Below are positions 27,403 through 41,547 of a DNA stretch of 64,000 nucleotides, in pieces (the stretch's first letter is position 1; every line of letters begins with the position of its first letter). Position numbers and translations under genes: made by a program. Origin of the DNA: Octopus sinensis. Taxonomy: Eukaryota. The DNA lies in NCBI RefSeq assembly GCF_006345805.1, contig NC_043015.1, forward strand, positions 51,770,001 through 51,834,000. Reading direction: 5' to 3'. The notes beneath the pieces are model-generated. The model was not told the DNA's origin. It searched no databases and saw only the letters and a program-made list of their open reading frames with translations.

Positions 27403-27605
27403 GTTTGAAAGTTTGAATGAAGTAATAAAGTGAAAGAGACATGACGGAATGGATTAAGCTACAAAAGATGCAGTTAATCAGGTGTATTGAAGACATTGCC
27501 TTTAGCAGGAGATCAAAACAAGAGAAAGATATAACGTATTGGCTTCATTGATATTCATGAACCTATACACAACGATAAAAACACCAACACAAACATAAGA
27601 AAAAA

Positions 27606-27653
<48 letters not shown>

Positions 27654-29029
27654 AGAATGAAAGAATGGCTTGCAACGACGATACAGTTGTTAATAAACAC
27701 GTTTATCACTGATATAATCTAATGGTACGTAAATTTGTGTCTTGTTTTATTGCCAGAGAAATGCTAAATTTAGGGACGTTGCCCTTTATTAAGTGAAGCG
27801 GATATAATTACCGAGTTTAGAGAACATACATCGGTGACTTTTAAAGAACAGTTTTTTTTTTCGTTTCTCTAGGATTACTTTGGTTTGGTTTGTAGCTTCA
27901 GTTATTGATTAAAACAACAATTTTTTATTCTTTATTTTTTTTTATTTTCTTCTGTCAGATGTCGTTCTATGTGAATTGAAGAAGCAATTATAGTAAGTTA
28001 GGTAGGTTTATGATAGGTTTTTCAGAGAGAGTTTATGCGGAGTTTTTCAAAGTGGTTTATGGTAAGTCAGCGTGATTTATGACAGAATTTTGAGTGTTTT
28101 CAGGTAGGTTTTGACAGTTCTAACAGTTTTTACTTTAAAAATAAAATCGAAATAAAATAAGTTATAACACAATAAAGAAAACTATGGACTACAATGCTGT
28201 GTTTGATCGTATAAATTTCTATACACGGCTTCACCATAGAAATAACATATGCAATAAAATCGTATTGAGGAGCTAAGTAAGCAAAAATGACATTAATTGC
28301 TTTTCGTTGTTAAGTTACGTCATTATATTTTTGGAGATGGAATCCTGAGGAATCTGCTTTGATTTTATCGCTCTTGGATTGATTAAATAAAATATCTTGC
28401 ACTCGTATACCGAATATAATTTACTCTACTTACTATATCTCTACCCTACAGGATTTTAAAATTAAAAAAACCTTTGATCGGAAGTCAGAAATGAAGGAAT
28501 ACATGAAACTGACTTTCAATCTTCTCCAAGTGTACGAGCTTTTAACCATATTCAACTAATGTATTTAACTTGTGTTGAATTCAAATAAAGAGTGTATTTT
28601 TAGATTTTAAAAATGAAATCGTCTTTGCCACACTTTCTTTGAAAAATTTAATACACAGAACTATACTTTTGCTCTGGTTGTTTGTTTAATGACAACTCAT
28701 CCTTATTCTATCAGACTTATTCTCAGAGAAATTCCTGTTGTGACTGTCACATCTAACCTTCATGCATAATGCATCTAGAATCACATGATCCAATGCGTGT
28801 TACTGTATTTAAGATGGTTGGTAGTGAATTGAAGAATGTGTGAGATACAGAGAAACTGAACAGTCAGATGCCGCTAAGAGTTTGTTGGTAAAACGTTCGC
28901 TTTGGAACAACGCAGCTTCGTGTTCAATCTAATTGTAAGCCACCTTGCGTAAGTATCTTGAGCAATTGTCCCGAGCCTACCCAAGCCATGTGAATGAGTT
29001 TCTTAGGAGTGAAACAGCAGAAGTCCGTC

Positions 29030-29181
29030 ATATATACATACATACATACATACATAAATACATACATATATATATATATATATATGCATGTATGTATGTA
29101 TGTATGTATGTATGTATGTATGTATGTATGTATGTATGTATGTATGTATGTATGTATGTATGTATGTATGTATATATATAT

Positions 29182-29233
<52 letters not shown>

Positions 29234-29503
29234 AAATATATATATATATATCTATATATATATATATATACATAAAATATATATATATATAATATATATA
29301 ATATACATAAAATATATATATATATACATATATATACTCGAAATACGAGAGTAGAAAAACAGCCAACAACTGATGAAGGGTCGTTCTTTATGTTGTGTGT
29401 CTTGTTTTACATTTGTTTCTTTCGTTGTTCGAAAAAATACTTCATATTCCATGTACTCGTACTTTTTTGTTGTACAAGTTTCATGACATCCTTTACCGAC
29501 ATA

Positions 29504-29541
<38 letters not shown>

Positions 29542-29579
29542 AAATATATATATATATATCTATATATATATATATATAT

Positions 29580-29632
<53 letters not shown>
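29030..29632. repeat. (TATG)n/(TA)n field hosting a P2 element
   Basis: Direct reading. Confidence 0.9.
29336..29507 (+). mobile_element. Short (TA)n-embedded repeat (group P2), 5'-truncated
   Basis: GAAATACGAGAGTA..AAAACAGCCAACAACTGATGAAG..GTTTCATGAC colinear with 54805-54977. Confidence 0.8.
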
Positions 29633-29636
<4 letters not shown>

Positions 29637-29689
29637 TGTGACGTCCTATTTTTGTTGTTATTATTATCATTATTGTTTTTACGTATTTT

Positions 29690-29990
29690 CGTATTCTTAT
29701 TCGTGTTATCATTATTATTTTTACGTATTTTTGTATTCTTATTCGTTCCCGTCCTTGTTTTGTATACATTCGAGGCTTTCTTCCAAAGAATCTAATACGC
29801 TTGGCTTAGATTTTCCTTTATGGCTGGCCAGGTCGGAGCAATCTCAAGATTAATCAGCCGAAATTGCGAGGATGATTCGATTCTTGACTGAAGATTGAAG
29901 GCTTCGAATGTCCCGTCCGTGTTTTTTGTATCATGTTCTAAATGTTTGCGTTCTTGTCCCAGTTTGTGTTTTTTTACATATGCATATATA
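29690..29990 (+). mobile_element. Short repeat ending in (TA)n (group P1)
   Basis: Homologous to about 14880-15180. Confidence 0.65.
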
Positions 29991-30043
29991 TATATGGCGG
30001 CGCCCGTACCCTTTTTGGTCTTGTATATAAGTACATTTTTCTT

Positions 30044-30094
<51 letters not shown>

Positions 30095-30599
30095 GTATAT
30101 TCAGGTGTAAGTAACCAGGGCTATTGTACTGTTTGGAGGGGGGTAACCATTTCGGTCTATTATGTCATGAAACTTACTAGCCACACTTATGGGTCTTGGG
30201 ACACATGTTAAGGCTTTCTTAAGTGTAATTCAATTTCATTTCAAATTGAGAAGTTAATTCATCCAATGAAACCTCGTCTTCTTCTCCTCTGGTCTATGAT
30301 ATTCAGTTCTTTAATCATTCTGTGAATCGACATCTTTCGAATTTATAGGGTCTTCTTTTTCTTCTTTGTAGTCCCTTATGCTGCTGTGGCCTGAAGGCTT
30401 ATTTGTAATAAAATGGTTTTAATAAAAATAGCTTACAATGACGATGTGGATTGTGATGGTATGTTAGAGAATGATGATGAATATGTAGATTGCGAAATTA
30501 CGAATATTTTTAATAATTATTTTGGCATGCAACAGAATTAACTTGGTAAAGTAGCTCGTATTGCAGGAGACCCTTCCGTTCTGGAAGATTTTAGCTTCG

Positions 30600-31300
30600 G
30601 TAGTCTTTAATGAAGTGAGAACAATTGCCAGATCATGTGTAGGTTTCTAACAAGCAATGAAATACATCAAAACTATACCAAGGAGCAGCATGGACTTGAA
30701 TTACAATTAATCAATTATACAAAAACAAGATGGAATGGTTTCTTTGCAAAGCTAGAGCGATTGTTGTTCCTTAAAACGTGAATTGCAGAATTTATGATCG
30801 ATATGGAACAAAACTTTCACTTCTCTCTCAGACAATGGATTTAATGTTCTACGTGCTGCTGGATCAGCATTGGAACCAATTAATATTGCAGTTAAAAAGT
30901 TTGCTAGAAAGGAAACAACTTTGATCTCTGCAGAACGCCTATTAGATTTTATTGTTAAAGAATTGAATTAATAAAATAGTGCATTGTCCATCTGTGCTAA
31001 GAAAACGTTTTAAGAAAAGGATCAAACAGTTAAGAAATAAATATCTGATTGGATTAATCGAAACAACCTTCTTTTAATTTTGGACGCCCCTGACTGTTTT
31101 CTAATTTTGGCATCAGAAAATTCATTGCAAAATATCGCTAAGTAACTGTCTAAAAGATTGTTCGCAGCTTTGTCTGGAGAATGATATATTCCCAACGCTT
31201 GATTATAGAAACACTCATACCAACAAAAGAATAATTGCATCTACTATAGAAATTAGATTTCATCAAGAACAAAGATTTTGAAACAAATCAAGATAGCATC
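30600..31300 (+). mobile_element. hAT transposase relic
   Basis: NEIHQNYTKEQHGLELQLINYTKTRWNGFFAKLERLLFLK and ALEPINIAVKKFARKETTLISAE; TRWN motif with stops and frameshifts. Confidence 0.75.
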
Positions 31301-31934
31301 CAATCGTAAGAGGAGCCAAAGATACAAAAAAATGATTGAAGTCACAGGCTATACACCGTTAAACTATGCAAACCGCTGCTTGTCTTCAGAAGCAATCGTC
31401 TAAATAAAGAGCATTTACTGTGACAGAGCAGTTGTGTTACACAAACTGCAATACTGCAATCGTGATCGAGCGATAGTACCTTCACCAATGTGTCTCTTCT
31501 TGAGAAAATAATTTCAATATGATAGAAATTATTTTTGTATTTAGAAAAATATTGATCTTGCTTTGTGTATATTAAAAACTTTATTTTTTTAATAGAAGTC
31601 AACATTTTTATAAGAATAAATAGTTCTGCACATCAATTTTGCTTTCTAAGCTTTCAGTTCAGGAAAAAACTTCAAGAAAAATTGGTTCTATCCCGGGAAA
31701 TTACTTGCAATTCGAAACATTTTATTCTATACACGTGATCCATGGGAAAGATGTGTTCCAGGAAATTATGAAATACTTGTACTTATATATACATGTACCC
31801 ACTAAATATACATATATAAATCTTCCCCACAGATATACCGGTCATGTGCACATCTATTTAGGTTGACTGAATAAATGCTAAACAGATTAATCAAAATAAA
31901 TGCACAAAAATGGCAACATATAAATCCATACCAA

Positions 31935-31984
<50 letters not shown>

Positions 31985-32227
31985 CTTTATATATATATAT
32001 ACATATATATGCGCATATGAGTAGGACAATATTCTCGTGTCTCAACAATTTGCCTCCATTTTGAGGCGAACACCTTTCTCCATGGTATCGGCTTGAAATA
32101 TTGTGGCGACTCTAGGATGTTTTCCTACTTTTCGTAACACGAAACCAATGATAGCCTTAACAAGTAAAGTGATTATAATCAACCAATGCGGTGTTGAGCA
32201 CTTATTTTCATCTTCCGACATTTATTA

Positions 32228-32384
32228 TATAAATATACATACATGCATACATATACATACATACATACATACACACATACATACATTCATACATACATAC
32301 ATACATACATACATACATCATACATACATACATACATACATACATACATACATACATACATACATGCATGCATACATACATACA

Positions 32385-32418
<34 letters not shown>

Positions 32419-32458
32419 CCTACATATATATATATTATATATATATATATATATATAC
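32228..32458. repeat. (CATA)n/(TA)n microsatellite
   Basis: Direct reading. Confidence 0.95.
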
Positions 32459-32688
32459 TGTGTCGAGTCAACGAAAGTTAAGGTTGAAAGGTTCCGGATC
32501 AAACTGTTATTAAGTTTAAATATATGAACTGTCAGAGCCTCTTTCTTTCCTTCCTTCATTCTACACACACATACACACAGACACAAACACACACACTTAC
32601 ATACTCACACACTGACACAGAAATAAATATGTAAATAGATAATAGATAACTATATAAATATGTGTGTCTGTATATACATGTGTATGTC

Positions 32689-32734
<46 letters not shown>

Positions 32735-32802
32735 CAAAAAGAGAGAGAGAGTGTCAGAGAGAGAGAGAGTGTCAGAGAGAGAGATAGGCAGGCAGACAGA
32801 CA

Positions 32803-32803
32803 A

Positions 32804-32846
<43 letters not shown>

Positions 32847-32901
32847 CATAGATAGGTTGACAGATATGTTGATAGATAGATAAATAGATAGATAGATAGC
32901 C

Positions 32902-32992
<91 letters not shown>

Positions 32993-32993
32993 C

Positions 32994-33051
<58 letters not shown>

Positions 33052-33052
33052 G

Positions 33053-33093
<41 letters not shown>

Positions 33094-33160
33094 GGATAAG
33101 ATAGTTAAATTACTTGATAGATAGATTGATAGTCAGATACATAAGTAGATGGATAGATAG
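32803..33160. repeat. (GATA)n microsatellite
   Basis: Direct reading. Confidence 0.95.
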
Positions 33161-33238
33161 AGAGGAAATAGGGAGAGGAAAAGTGAAAGACAGATATGTT
33201 CAATCCATAGGGATACACCTTGAGAGAAGAACATACCT

Positions 33239-33269
<31 letters not shown>

Positions 33270-33659
33270 AAGAGAGGAAGAGAGAGAGAGAAAGAGAGCG
33301 AAAGAGAGAGAGACTTGAGGTTGCGGTGACAAATATAGAAATATTATTTGTCTGAGAGATTGGATGTTGGACAACAAGAGAAAACCTAAGAAATATATTT
33401 AAGTAACAAGCTAACAGCTGGAAGTCATACCCTCATTGTAATATATGATCACTTCCGGTTCTGAAACAGCAGGGAGTTTATCTCTGTTTACTACATCTGT
33501 TTCAGGCTAGCAATCTCATTCTTTTTCTGCTGTCTGACAATGCACTCCTTACTGAATTCCTGAAACTCCAAGAGACCGAGAAAATAAATGAAAGTGTAGC
33601 ATTTATTTATGCTTGATTCTGTTTGTGCTCTCCATCGTGAGCATATATGAGAATATATA

Positions 33660-33795
33660 CACGCACAGTCACACACACGCACACACACACAGACACACAC
33701 ACATACCCCCCCACATATATATATATATATACATACATACATACATACATACATACTTGTATGGATGGATGGTTAGATGAATATATGTGTATATA

Positions 33796-33886
<91 letters not shown>

Positions 33887-33950
33887 GTATATATATGTAT
33901 ATATGTATATATGTATGTATGCATGTATGTATAATTATATATATATATGT
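33660..33950. repeat. (CA)/(TA)/(CATA) compound microsatellite
   Basis: Direct reading. Confidence 0.9.
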
Positions 33951-35129
33951 GTACAGGAGAAAAAGAGAGAAAAAAGAAATAGAAAAAGAAAGAATGCGTG
34001 AGTGATAGTTGAAAATGTTGTTTCTGCGAGTGTGCGTGTGTACGTGTGTATTTATGTATGTGTGTGCACAGATTTCTGGTGCATGCTGTGTCAGTGAGTG
34101 TAGGTGCAGTAAATTATTCAGACCACCTCTCTTCCCACGTAAAATTTGTTTTTAATCGTGCGCCAAATTCTTCCACCTAAAATTGCTTTGCATTCTACCT
34201 CACCAGAAATGACTCAAGGTTTTCATACCGCCATCTTTATTTCAGCTTAGCTCTATAACGAAACACGCAACAATTACTTCTCTAACGACTTTCGCAGCAG
34301 GAACCATCAATTAATCTTATTATTATACGTATTATTATTATTGTTATTATTATTGTTATTGTTATTATTATTATTATCATTATCAATATTATTATTATCT
34401 GTTTTCTTCTCCTCCACTTCCTCCTCCTCCTCATTATCATCATCATCGTATTTTAATGTGAATAGAAGCAAACGGACTCATTGACAGCGCGCTCGCGAAA
34501 ATATAAATTTTGCCAAGATTGCGTAATAAATATTTATACGTCAACCACATTACTTCGAGTGGGAAAGAGAATTCCCCCCAAGACATTTTATTGCATGTTT
34601 TTTTTTTTTTTTTTTTTTTGCCAAAGTCCATTATGCTTTTCGTTTTTACTTGTTCTGTTTTCGTTAGTCGTTCAATATGGCCACCGCCTCAACAATAACT
34701 CAATGAGGCAATAACTACTATAGTGATAAAGCCGCGAATACTTTACTTGTATGTTTACAGATACAGAGACTGTTTTTTTAAAAAATGAACTGAATATAAC
34801 ATGAAACGTAAATTGAACAGACGGAGTTTATACAAACAGTTGCTATTTCAGGAGTACACAAGAAAAGAAATTTTCGAACGTGCAAACATAAATTGTAATA
34901 ACAATTGCATCGGTAACCACAGTTTGTTATGATTTGCTTGCGAAGGGAAATCTAAACGGCATTTAGACATATGTCGAGTCTGCGCAAAACGAAAAATGGA
35001 GAGACATAAAGGGGTTGGGTTTGTTTACGGGAATTTTCACTAAGTCGTCGAAGAGGAAAACTGGAATACATTTTAGTTAATGGGATAGGTTTTCGTATGC
35101 CTCAACACAATTTGGAATCGATGTATGTG

Positions 35130-35295
35130 GGCTCCCTGGATGATGTTCTCAGCTGAAATTCTGCCGACGTTTAACATGAGTTTTATCCTGTTGGGGGTCG
35201 ATAAAATATACACACGTTGAACACTGGTATCAATGAAATCGACTAGTTTCTCCCCCAAATTTTCAGGTCGGGTGCGTAAAGTAGAAAGTATTATT
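35130..35295 (+). mobile_element. Degenerate SINE N (tail A)
   Basis: GGGGTCGATAAAAT...CCCCCAAATTTTCAGG..GTGCGTAAAGTAGAAAGTATT. Confidence 0.65.
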
Positions 35296-35913
35296 ACTAT
35301 TATTATTGTTGATGTTGATGTTGTTAATATTAATTCTTAACAGCTCTGTCCGCAAATATTGCGATTATTGTACGTTTACGCGATTTTTCATAAACTTTTT
35401 ACGAAGGAGACAAGAATTTTCATAGATATAATTGATTAAGACATTTTCGGAGGAAAAACAGGTTCAAAACCTCATTGATTTAAATTAGTTGAGGCAAAAT
35501 TATTTTACCATGTCATTTACCACTAATAGACAAATAGTGTGTATGGCGTCCATTGCAGCTGAAGTAGCGGAAACGATAAAACTGTCGTCTGACTTGAAAA
35601 TTTACGCTTCAGAAAGAGTATGTGGCTTTTTACGAGATGTTCTCGAAGTAGAAAACGCTAGGAGTGGTATGGTAAAACAATATCAACAACAACAACAAAA
35701 GCAACATCATGACAACAGGAAAAACAACAGTTAAATCAGTGGCAACAGCAAAAAAAATGAAGGACACGTTTGTTTTGCTATTGTTGGTAGGAAAGAGCGA
35801 CGAAATTAATATCTCATTGACATTGTAAGCAATTACAAAAAAGAAACAGAAATCAATAACCACAACAAATACAGCAAGAATACAGTAACTATCAACATCG
35901 AGACAGAAAACAT

Positions 35914-36128
35914 AGGTTTCATATTTTGGCGCCAGGCCGGAAGTTTGAAGGGAGGGGTTAAGTTCATTGCATTGACTCGAGTGTTTAACTAATAATTATT
36001 GAATCGATCCGGAAAGTATAAAAATCAGAGTCGACGTTGGTGGAATTTGAACTCAGAACGAAAAGACGGACAAAATGCCACTAAGCATTTTTTCTGGCAT
36101 GTTCAATATTCTACCAGCTCGTCACTTT
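35914..36128 (-). mobile_element. Degenerate SINE N
   Basis: GGAATTTGAACTCAGAACG..CTAAGCATTT..CCAGCTCG; degenerate flanking repeat ATCGAGACAGAAAA / ATCAAGACAGTAAA. Confidence 0.75.
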
Positions 36129-36211
36129 ATCAAGACAGTAAATATCACGAACAACAAAAGAAAAAATAACTAAATAAAAATAAGTGGGGAGGAAATAACA
36201 TTTGACTACAA

Positions 36212-36628
36212 TATTTATTTTTTATTGCCCACAAGGGGGTAAAATACAGGGGATAAACAAAGACACGCAAAGGGATTAAGTCGATTACATCGACCCGAGT
36301 GCGTAACTGGTACTTATTTAATCGACCCCGAAAGGATGAAAGGCAAAGTCGACCTCGGCGGAACTTGAACTCAGAACGTGACGGCAAACGAAATACCTAT
36401 TTCTTTACTACCCACAAGGGGCTAAACACAGAGAGAACAAACAAGGACAGACAAACGGATTAAGTTGATTATATCGACTCCAGTGCGTAATTGGTACTTA
36501 TTTAATCGACCCCGAAAGGATGAAAGGCAAAGTTGACCTCAGCGGAATTCAAACTCAGAACGTAGCGGCAGACGAAATACCGCTAAGCATTTCACCCGGC
36601 ATGCTCAAGTTTCTGCCAGCTCGCCGCC
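36212..36628 (-). mobile_element. SINE N composite (two tail-B units)
   Basis: Junction CGAAATACC|TATTTCTTTACTACCC at 36397/36398. Confidence 0.9.
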
Positions 36629-36744
36629 CTGTTTGGCGACATTGGTGTCAAAACAAAAATGGGATTATTTTGCAAAAACCACCACTACCTGGACTGAGCA
36701 TTTACCTCAAAACTAATCTGGCACTCCATCGGTCACGTCAATGA

Positions 36745-37032
36745 CTGCACCAATTGATCTGATGAACGGAACAACCTGTTCGTGAAATTGACGTGGAAGT
36801 GGCTGAGCACTCCACAGGCACAACTACCTTAAAGTAGTTCTCAGAGAGATTCAGTGTGACACAAATGTGACAAGGCTGGACCCTTTGAATTACAGGTACA
36901 AAGCTGGCCTTTTGAAATTTTTGCCAGCGGAGTGGACTGGAGCAACGTGAAATAAAGTCTCTTGTTCGAGGAAACAACACGCTGCCATGAATCGATCTCA
37001 GGATCATAGGCTCGTGACCAGAATACCCTGAT
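36745..37032 (-). mobile_element. tRNA-derived SINE group T, copy 2
   Basis: 3' domain shared with 1475-1620; middle domain (ACTGGAGCAACGTGAAATAAAG) shared with 56495-56550. Confidence 0.8.
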
Positions 37033-37069
37033 CGAAGAGACACGCAAGCCTCGAAAAATGAACAGTAGC

Positions 37070-37473
37070 TGTGTTTTACGTAGCTTGCTTACCAGCCACA
37101 TAGTTCCAAGTTCAGTCCCACTGCGTTACACCTTGGGCAAGTGTCTTCTTCTATAACCTGGAGACGACCATAGCCTTGTGAGTGGATTTGGTAGACGGAA
37201 ACTGAAAGAAGCCCGTTGTATATATGTTTTTTTATGTGTGTGTGTCTGTATGTGGGGTGTATGTTTGTTTGTCTGTGTTTGACCCCACCACATCGCTTGA
37301 CAACCGATGCTGGTGTGTTCACGTCCACGTAACTTAGCGTTTCGGCAAAAGAACCCGATAGAATAAGTTCTAGGCCTACAAAGAATGAGTCTCGGAGTCG
37401 ATTTCTTCAACTAAAAGGCGGTGCTCCAACATGGCCGCTGTCAAACAACTGAAACAAGTAAAAGAATAAAAGA
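37070..37473 (+). mobile_element. SINE group A, near full length
   Basis: Colinear with 50521-50933. Confidence 0.9.
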
Positions 37474-37884
37474 ACATGCAACAACATGATTGAGCGAAGT
37501 CATATTTTCCGGGAGGGGAATAATTCCAGTGACTCTCTCGCCGAGAATTGTTGTCATCTGACGGAACACATCCTTACAAATGTGGGCTTGCAAAGAAGTT
37601 GATACGTTTGTCGTTTGGCAAAACGGAGCCGTGAAACAATACAGGATGGTATTAGGCTGTCTGACAAATGCGTTCGTTTTCGTGCATTGAATTTTAATAC
37701 TTTCCAGTGTTGTTGGAGTCAACAGGAAAAATATTTTGTCGTAGTATTTTTGGGGATGTTTTGTTTTATTATTTTTTTTAGCTCTATTCTTCCTCAGCAG
37801 CTTTTGTCTAGCGTTTTTCTTTTTTTCTTTCTTCTTTTTAGATTTAATTAAATTTTACATCTTTTCAGACGCCAAATGATAATC

Positions 37885-37920
37885 ACGACGACGACGAAGA
37901 CGATTAATGGCGATGATGAC

Positions 37921-37970
<50 letters not shown>

Positions 37971-38062
37971 CAATGATGACGATGATGATGATGATGAAGA
38001 TGATGATGAGGAGGGGGAAGATGGATGATGATGATAATGAAGATGATGATGATGATGATGAT

Positions 38063-38093
<31 letters not shown>

Positions 38094-38280
38094 TGGGAAG
38101 ATGGATGATGATGATGTTGATAATGAAGGTGATGATGATAATGATGACGACGATGACGATGATGATGATGATGATGACGATGATGATGATGATGACGATG
38201 ATGATGATGACGGCAACAATGTTGACTACGATGATGATGATGATGATGATGATGTTGATGATGATGATACTGATGATACA
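37885..38280. repeat. (GAT)n/(GAG)n field
   Basis: Direct reading. Confidence 0.95.
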
Positions 38281-38687
38281 GTTATTTAAACTTATACTGA
38301 TTTGATATCGCAGCAGGAAACAGCTAACAAAGAAAATTTGAAATGAAATTAAGAAGCTATTTTTGTCCATTTACTTTTCAAACTCGACAGAAAATGTATA
38401 AGTTTCGTGTAATTTTATGAGATTACTTGTATGATATTACAGTACCATGAAGAAAAAGAAGCGAGCGAATGTATTTTATCAATCCAACAGAAGCGTTTTC
38501 CTTAATAAGGTATGCGCAAAAGAATTTTAACTTATCCCTCCATATATGCAAGGTCATTCTAGGAAAGTGACATATGCAGAACTCTGAAAATCAGAGTTGT
38601 TGCAGAACAAAGTCTGGATTTCGAATAAACAGCAAATATCAGTGTTATGTGTTAAGTACGGTTCTTAACCATTGGTAAATGGAAACT

Positions 38688-38908
38688 CGCGCACGCACAC
38701 ACACACACGCACGCACACACACACACACTTGCTCTCTCTCTCTCATTCATACACACAGTCACTCTCTCACACACGCACACTCACACTCACACAGGCACTT
38801 ACACAGACTCACATATTCCCTCACACACTCACACGCACACCCATCCACACACACATTTTCACACTGACGCACACGCACATACTCACACACACTCACACAT
38901 ACACACAT
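38688..38908. repeat. Degenerate (CA)n tract
   Basis: Direct reading. Confidence 0.85.
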
Positions 38909-39489
38909 ATAGAGAGCAAAGAATATATTTAATACGAAGAATTGGTACAAAAAAGATAAAAAGTGTGCATTAGTTTTACGCTTAAAAGGAAAATAGAAGG
39001 AAAAGCCTTTTATATTTCGAGTAGATGCTCTTCATCTGAAAGAACAGACGAGGAGAGAAAAAAGAGAAAGAAAATTTTAAAAAAACCACATGTATCTGAC
39101 GATGATGGCCTACCGAAATGACCGGAAATGGTAAAGATAATATTTTGGGCGTGAGCTTCATGGGAGACAACTGCGAGCCTGGCATGTATGTGCGTGTGTG
39201 CGTGTGTGCGTGGGTATGTATGTGTATATGTGAAGCTATTCTGAGTATATATACTGTATGTGTTTGTGAATATGTGTGTGACGCTGTTTTGAGTGCCATA
39301 CTGCACTGTCATGTTAAACGTATGTCCGAGAATATTTATAAATACATGAATATTTCACGTAGGCATTATGAGACTAACAACCTGGTGTAGAACTCAATGG
39401 ACGTAGGCTTCAGCATGCAGCATTTGTCGAGTACAAAGTGGTAATAAGAAAATAATATGAAAAAGGAATAAATGATTATCTTATGAACT

Positions 39490-39585
39490 TCATTCGCTTA
39501 CAGCTGTTTCTGCTCTAGAACGCAGTGGACTCATATTCGAAAGCCTGAGTAACTGCTTATAGTTTCTTCGGGGCCATCAATATGA
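39490..39585 (-). ncRNA. Degenerate hammerhead-like motif
   Basis: Minus strand TTGATGG..long hairpin (GCAGT/ACTGC, ACTCA/TGAGT)..GAAACAGCTGTA; core mutated. Confidence 0.4.
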
Positions 39586-39629
39586 AATGCAATTTAATTG
39601 AGAAAATAATTACATTTATGCATATATAT

Positions 39630-39835
39630 ATAACGGGAAGGTTTACGAAAATAAACAAAAGACGAAGGCAGGTGGAGTACAAACAAAGAAATGTATTAGT
39701 ATGCCGCTCAGGAATAGAAACAGAACAAGTCTTCTACGTTTCGAGCCTACGCTCTTCGACAGAAAGATACACAGAAAAAAAACAAGGAGAGAAACAAGGA
39801 GTGAAAAAAAAGCGTGTAGGAGCTAACGATCTATC
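39630..39835 (-). mobile_element. Short (TA)n-associated repeat (group P3) with minimal hammerhead-like motif at 39730-39767
   Basis: Homologous to 45181-45327; minus strand TCTTT-CTGTCGA-A-GAGCGTAGGCTC-GAAACGTA-GAAGA. Confidence 0.75.
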
Positions 39836-39921
39836 AATATATATATTAAACAAAAAGAGATAACAAAATCTAGGCTGTGAAGAGTTTTCGGGTCATTTAT
39901 AAGGAATGATATGTAGATATA

Positions 39922-39969
39922 GTCTTACCGCTTTTTCTGGGATATTATGGATATTCCTTCATCATAGAC
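39922..39969 (-). ncRNA. Degenerate type I hammerhead motif
   Basis: Minus strand GTCT-ATGATGA-AGGAATATCCATAATATCCCA-GAAA-AAGCGG-TA-AGAC; stem I GTCT/AGAC, C3 mutated. Confidence 0.55.
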
Positions 39970-41547
39970 GAGGTAACATGGTTAATTGGAGGTAAATATT
40001 TGAGTTCGAAAAAAGGAATTATTATGGAAAAGGAGGAGATAGGGAATATAGAAGGAAATAAGAGAATGAAAGTAGAAATAAAATATAAAATATATAAATA
40101 TATTGTAGATGCAGTTCTATTATTCGAAGAAAATGGTATAAAGAAGTGGTAAAAATTTTCCTGTATATGTTAAGTTCCAGTAGCAGTTCATGTTTAGTCA
40201 TTTCAAAGTATGGAGCCGTGGATGCTGTTTTGTTCATTCGAAGGGATTTTGTGGTGTGAATATATAGATTGTGTGTAAGGACAAAACAATGCGAAGTAAA
40301 TGCAAGGTAAATCAGAAGAAAACAGATATGTGAATTAATGTAGGCTTAACTTGTAGTCAATATTTTTAGGTTATGACTCCCTTTCCCAGAAATTGATGAA
40401 TGCTGCAAATGTGCGCGTGATCAACTATAAACGCGTATATAGTTGATCAAAGCCGGGTGTATTCATTATTTTTTTTTTCTCTTTACCTGCGTGAGTTGGG
40501 AGTATTGCTGTCTGAGAGATATCTTCTGGTAGTGGAATAGTATTTAACTGCTATTTCTAAATTTCGGTCTGTGGTGAAGTAATTTTGCTGAACCCTAATT
40601 ATAATTATGCTCATAATTATATAATTTATATATATATATATATATTTGTAAAAATACAGGGAAAAGCAATACCAGTGAGAAAGCAAATTGCTTTTAATTT
40701 CACGTTCGCTACGTATTGTACACGAATTTCCTTGTTCCTACACACGACATATGCACAAAGAGACATACACACAAACACACGTACACAAATACAATCACAC
40801 TCACACAGACAAGCATTCTCACATACACATGTGTGCGCGTGCGTTTGGCGTGGAGCAGTTAAGTGTGTTCATACATGTTTGTGTGCCTCAGTAAACTTGT
40901 GTGTACGAAACCATCACCATATACTTTATAGCATATCTCTCTAACGTTTCTATATAAGCATATACAATTTTAGCAGAATTTCACAATTCCATTTAAATCA
41001 TTATTAACTATGACGTCACGCATTCAAAGATTGACTAATCAACCTACACGTTTGATATTTCTTGCTGTTCTCCTCTACGATAATCGTGCGTGGCGGCCAT
41101 TCACTTCAGTATCACGTGAACAGAACAACGACCGTTTGTGTTACTCGATACGACATTTCGATTTCTCCTTCAAAATTTATGTCGACATCTCAGATACGGA
41201 TTCATTTGCACAGAGACACTGTTAATTTATGAATGAGTAATAAAATATATTACCGGATTTTAACACCGTTGCAATACGGATTGCAGTAGAAGCAGCAACA
41301 GCACCAGCAATTTAACAAGACTTCTAATTCTACGTTGTTGTAGATGACGTTTGTTTAATTAAGAATTCTGCTTCTTACTTATGTGGTTCAACGTTCGATT
41401 TCATGTTGGGTAACGTTGGGCAATTGTCTTCTGATAAAAGCTTCGATTGGGCTAATCCAACTTGAAAGGAATTGTTTGATAAAATCCGACTGTTTATATA
41501 TATATATATATATATATACATATATCTATATCTATATCTATATCTAT

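Noticed and set aside
37860-37900. TTTTCAG splice-acceptor-like site before a (GAT)n tract
   Set aside because: No supportable exon or partner exons
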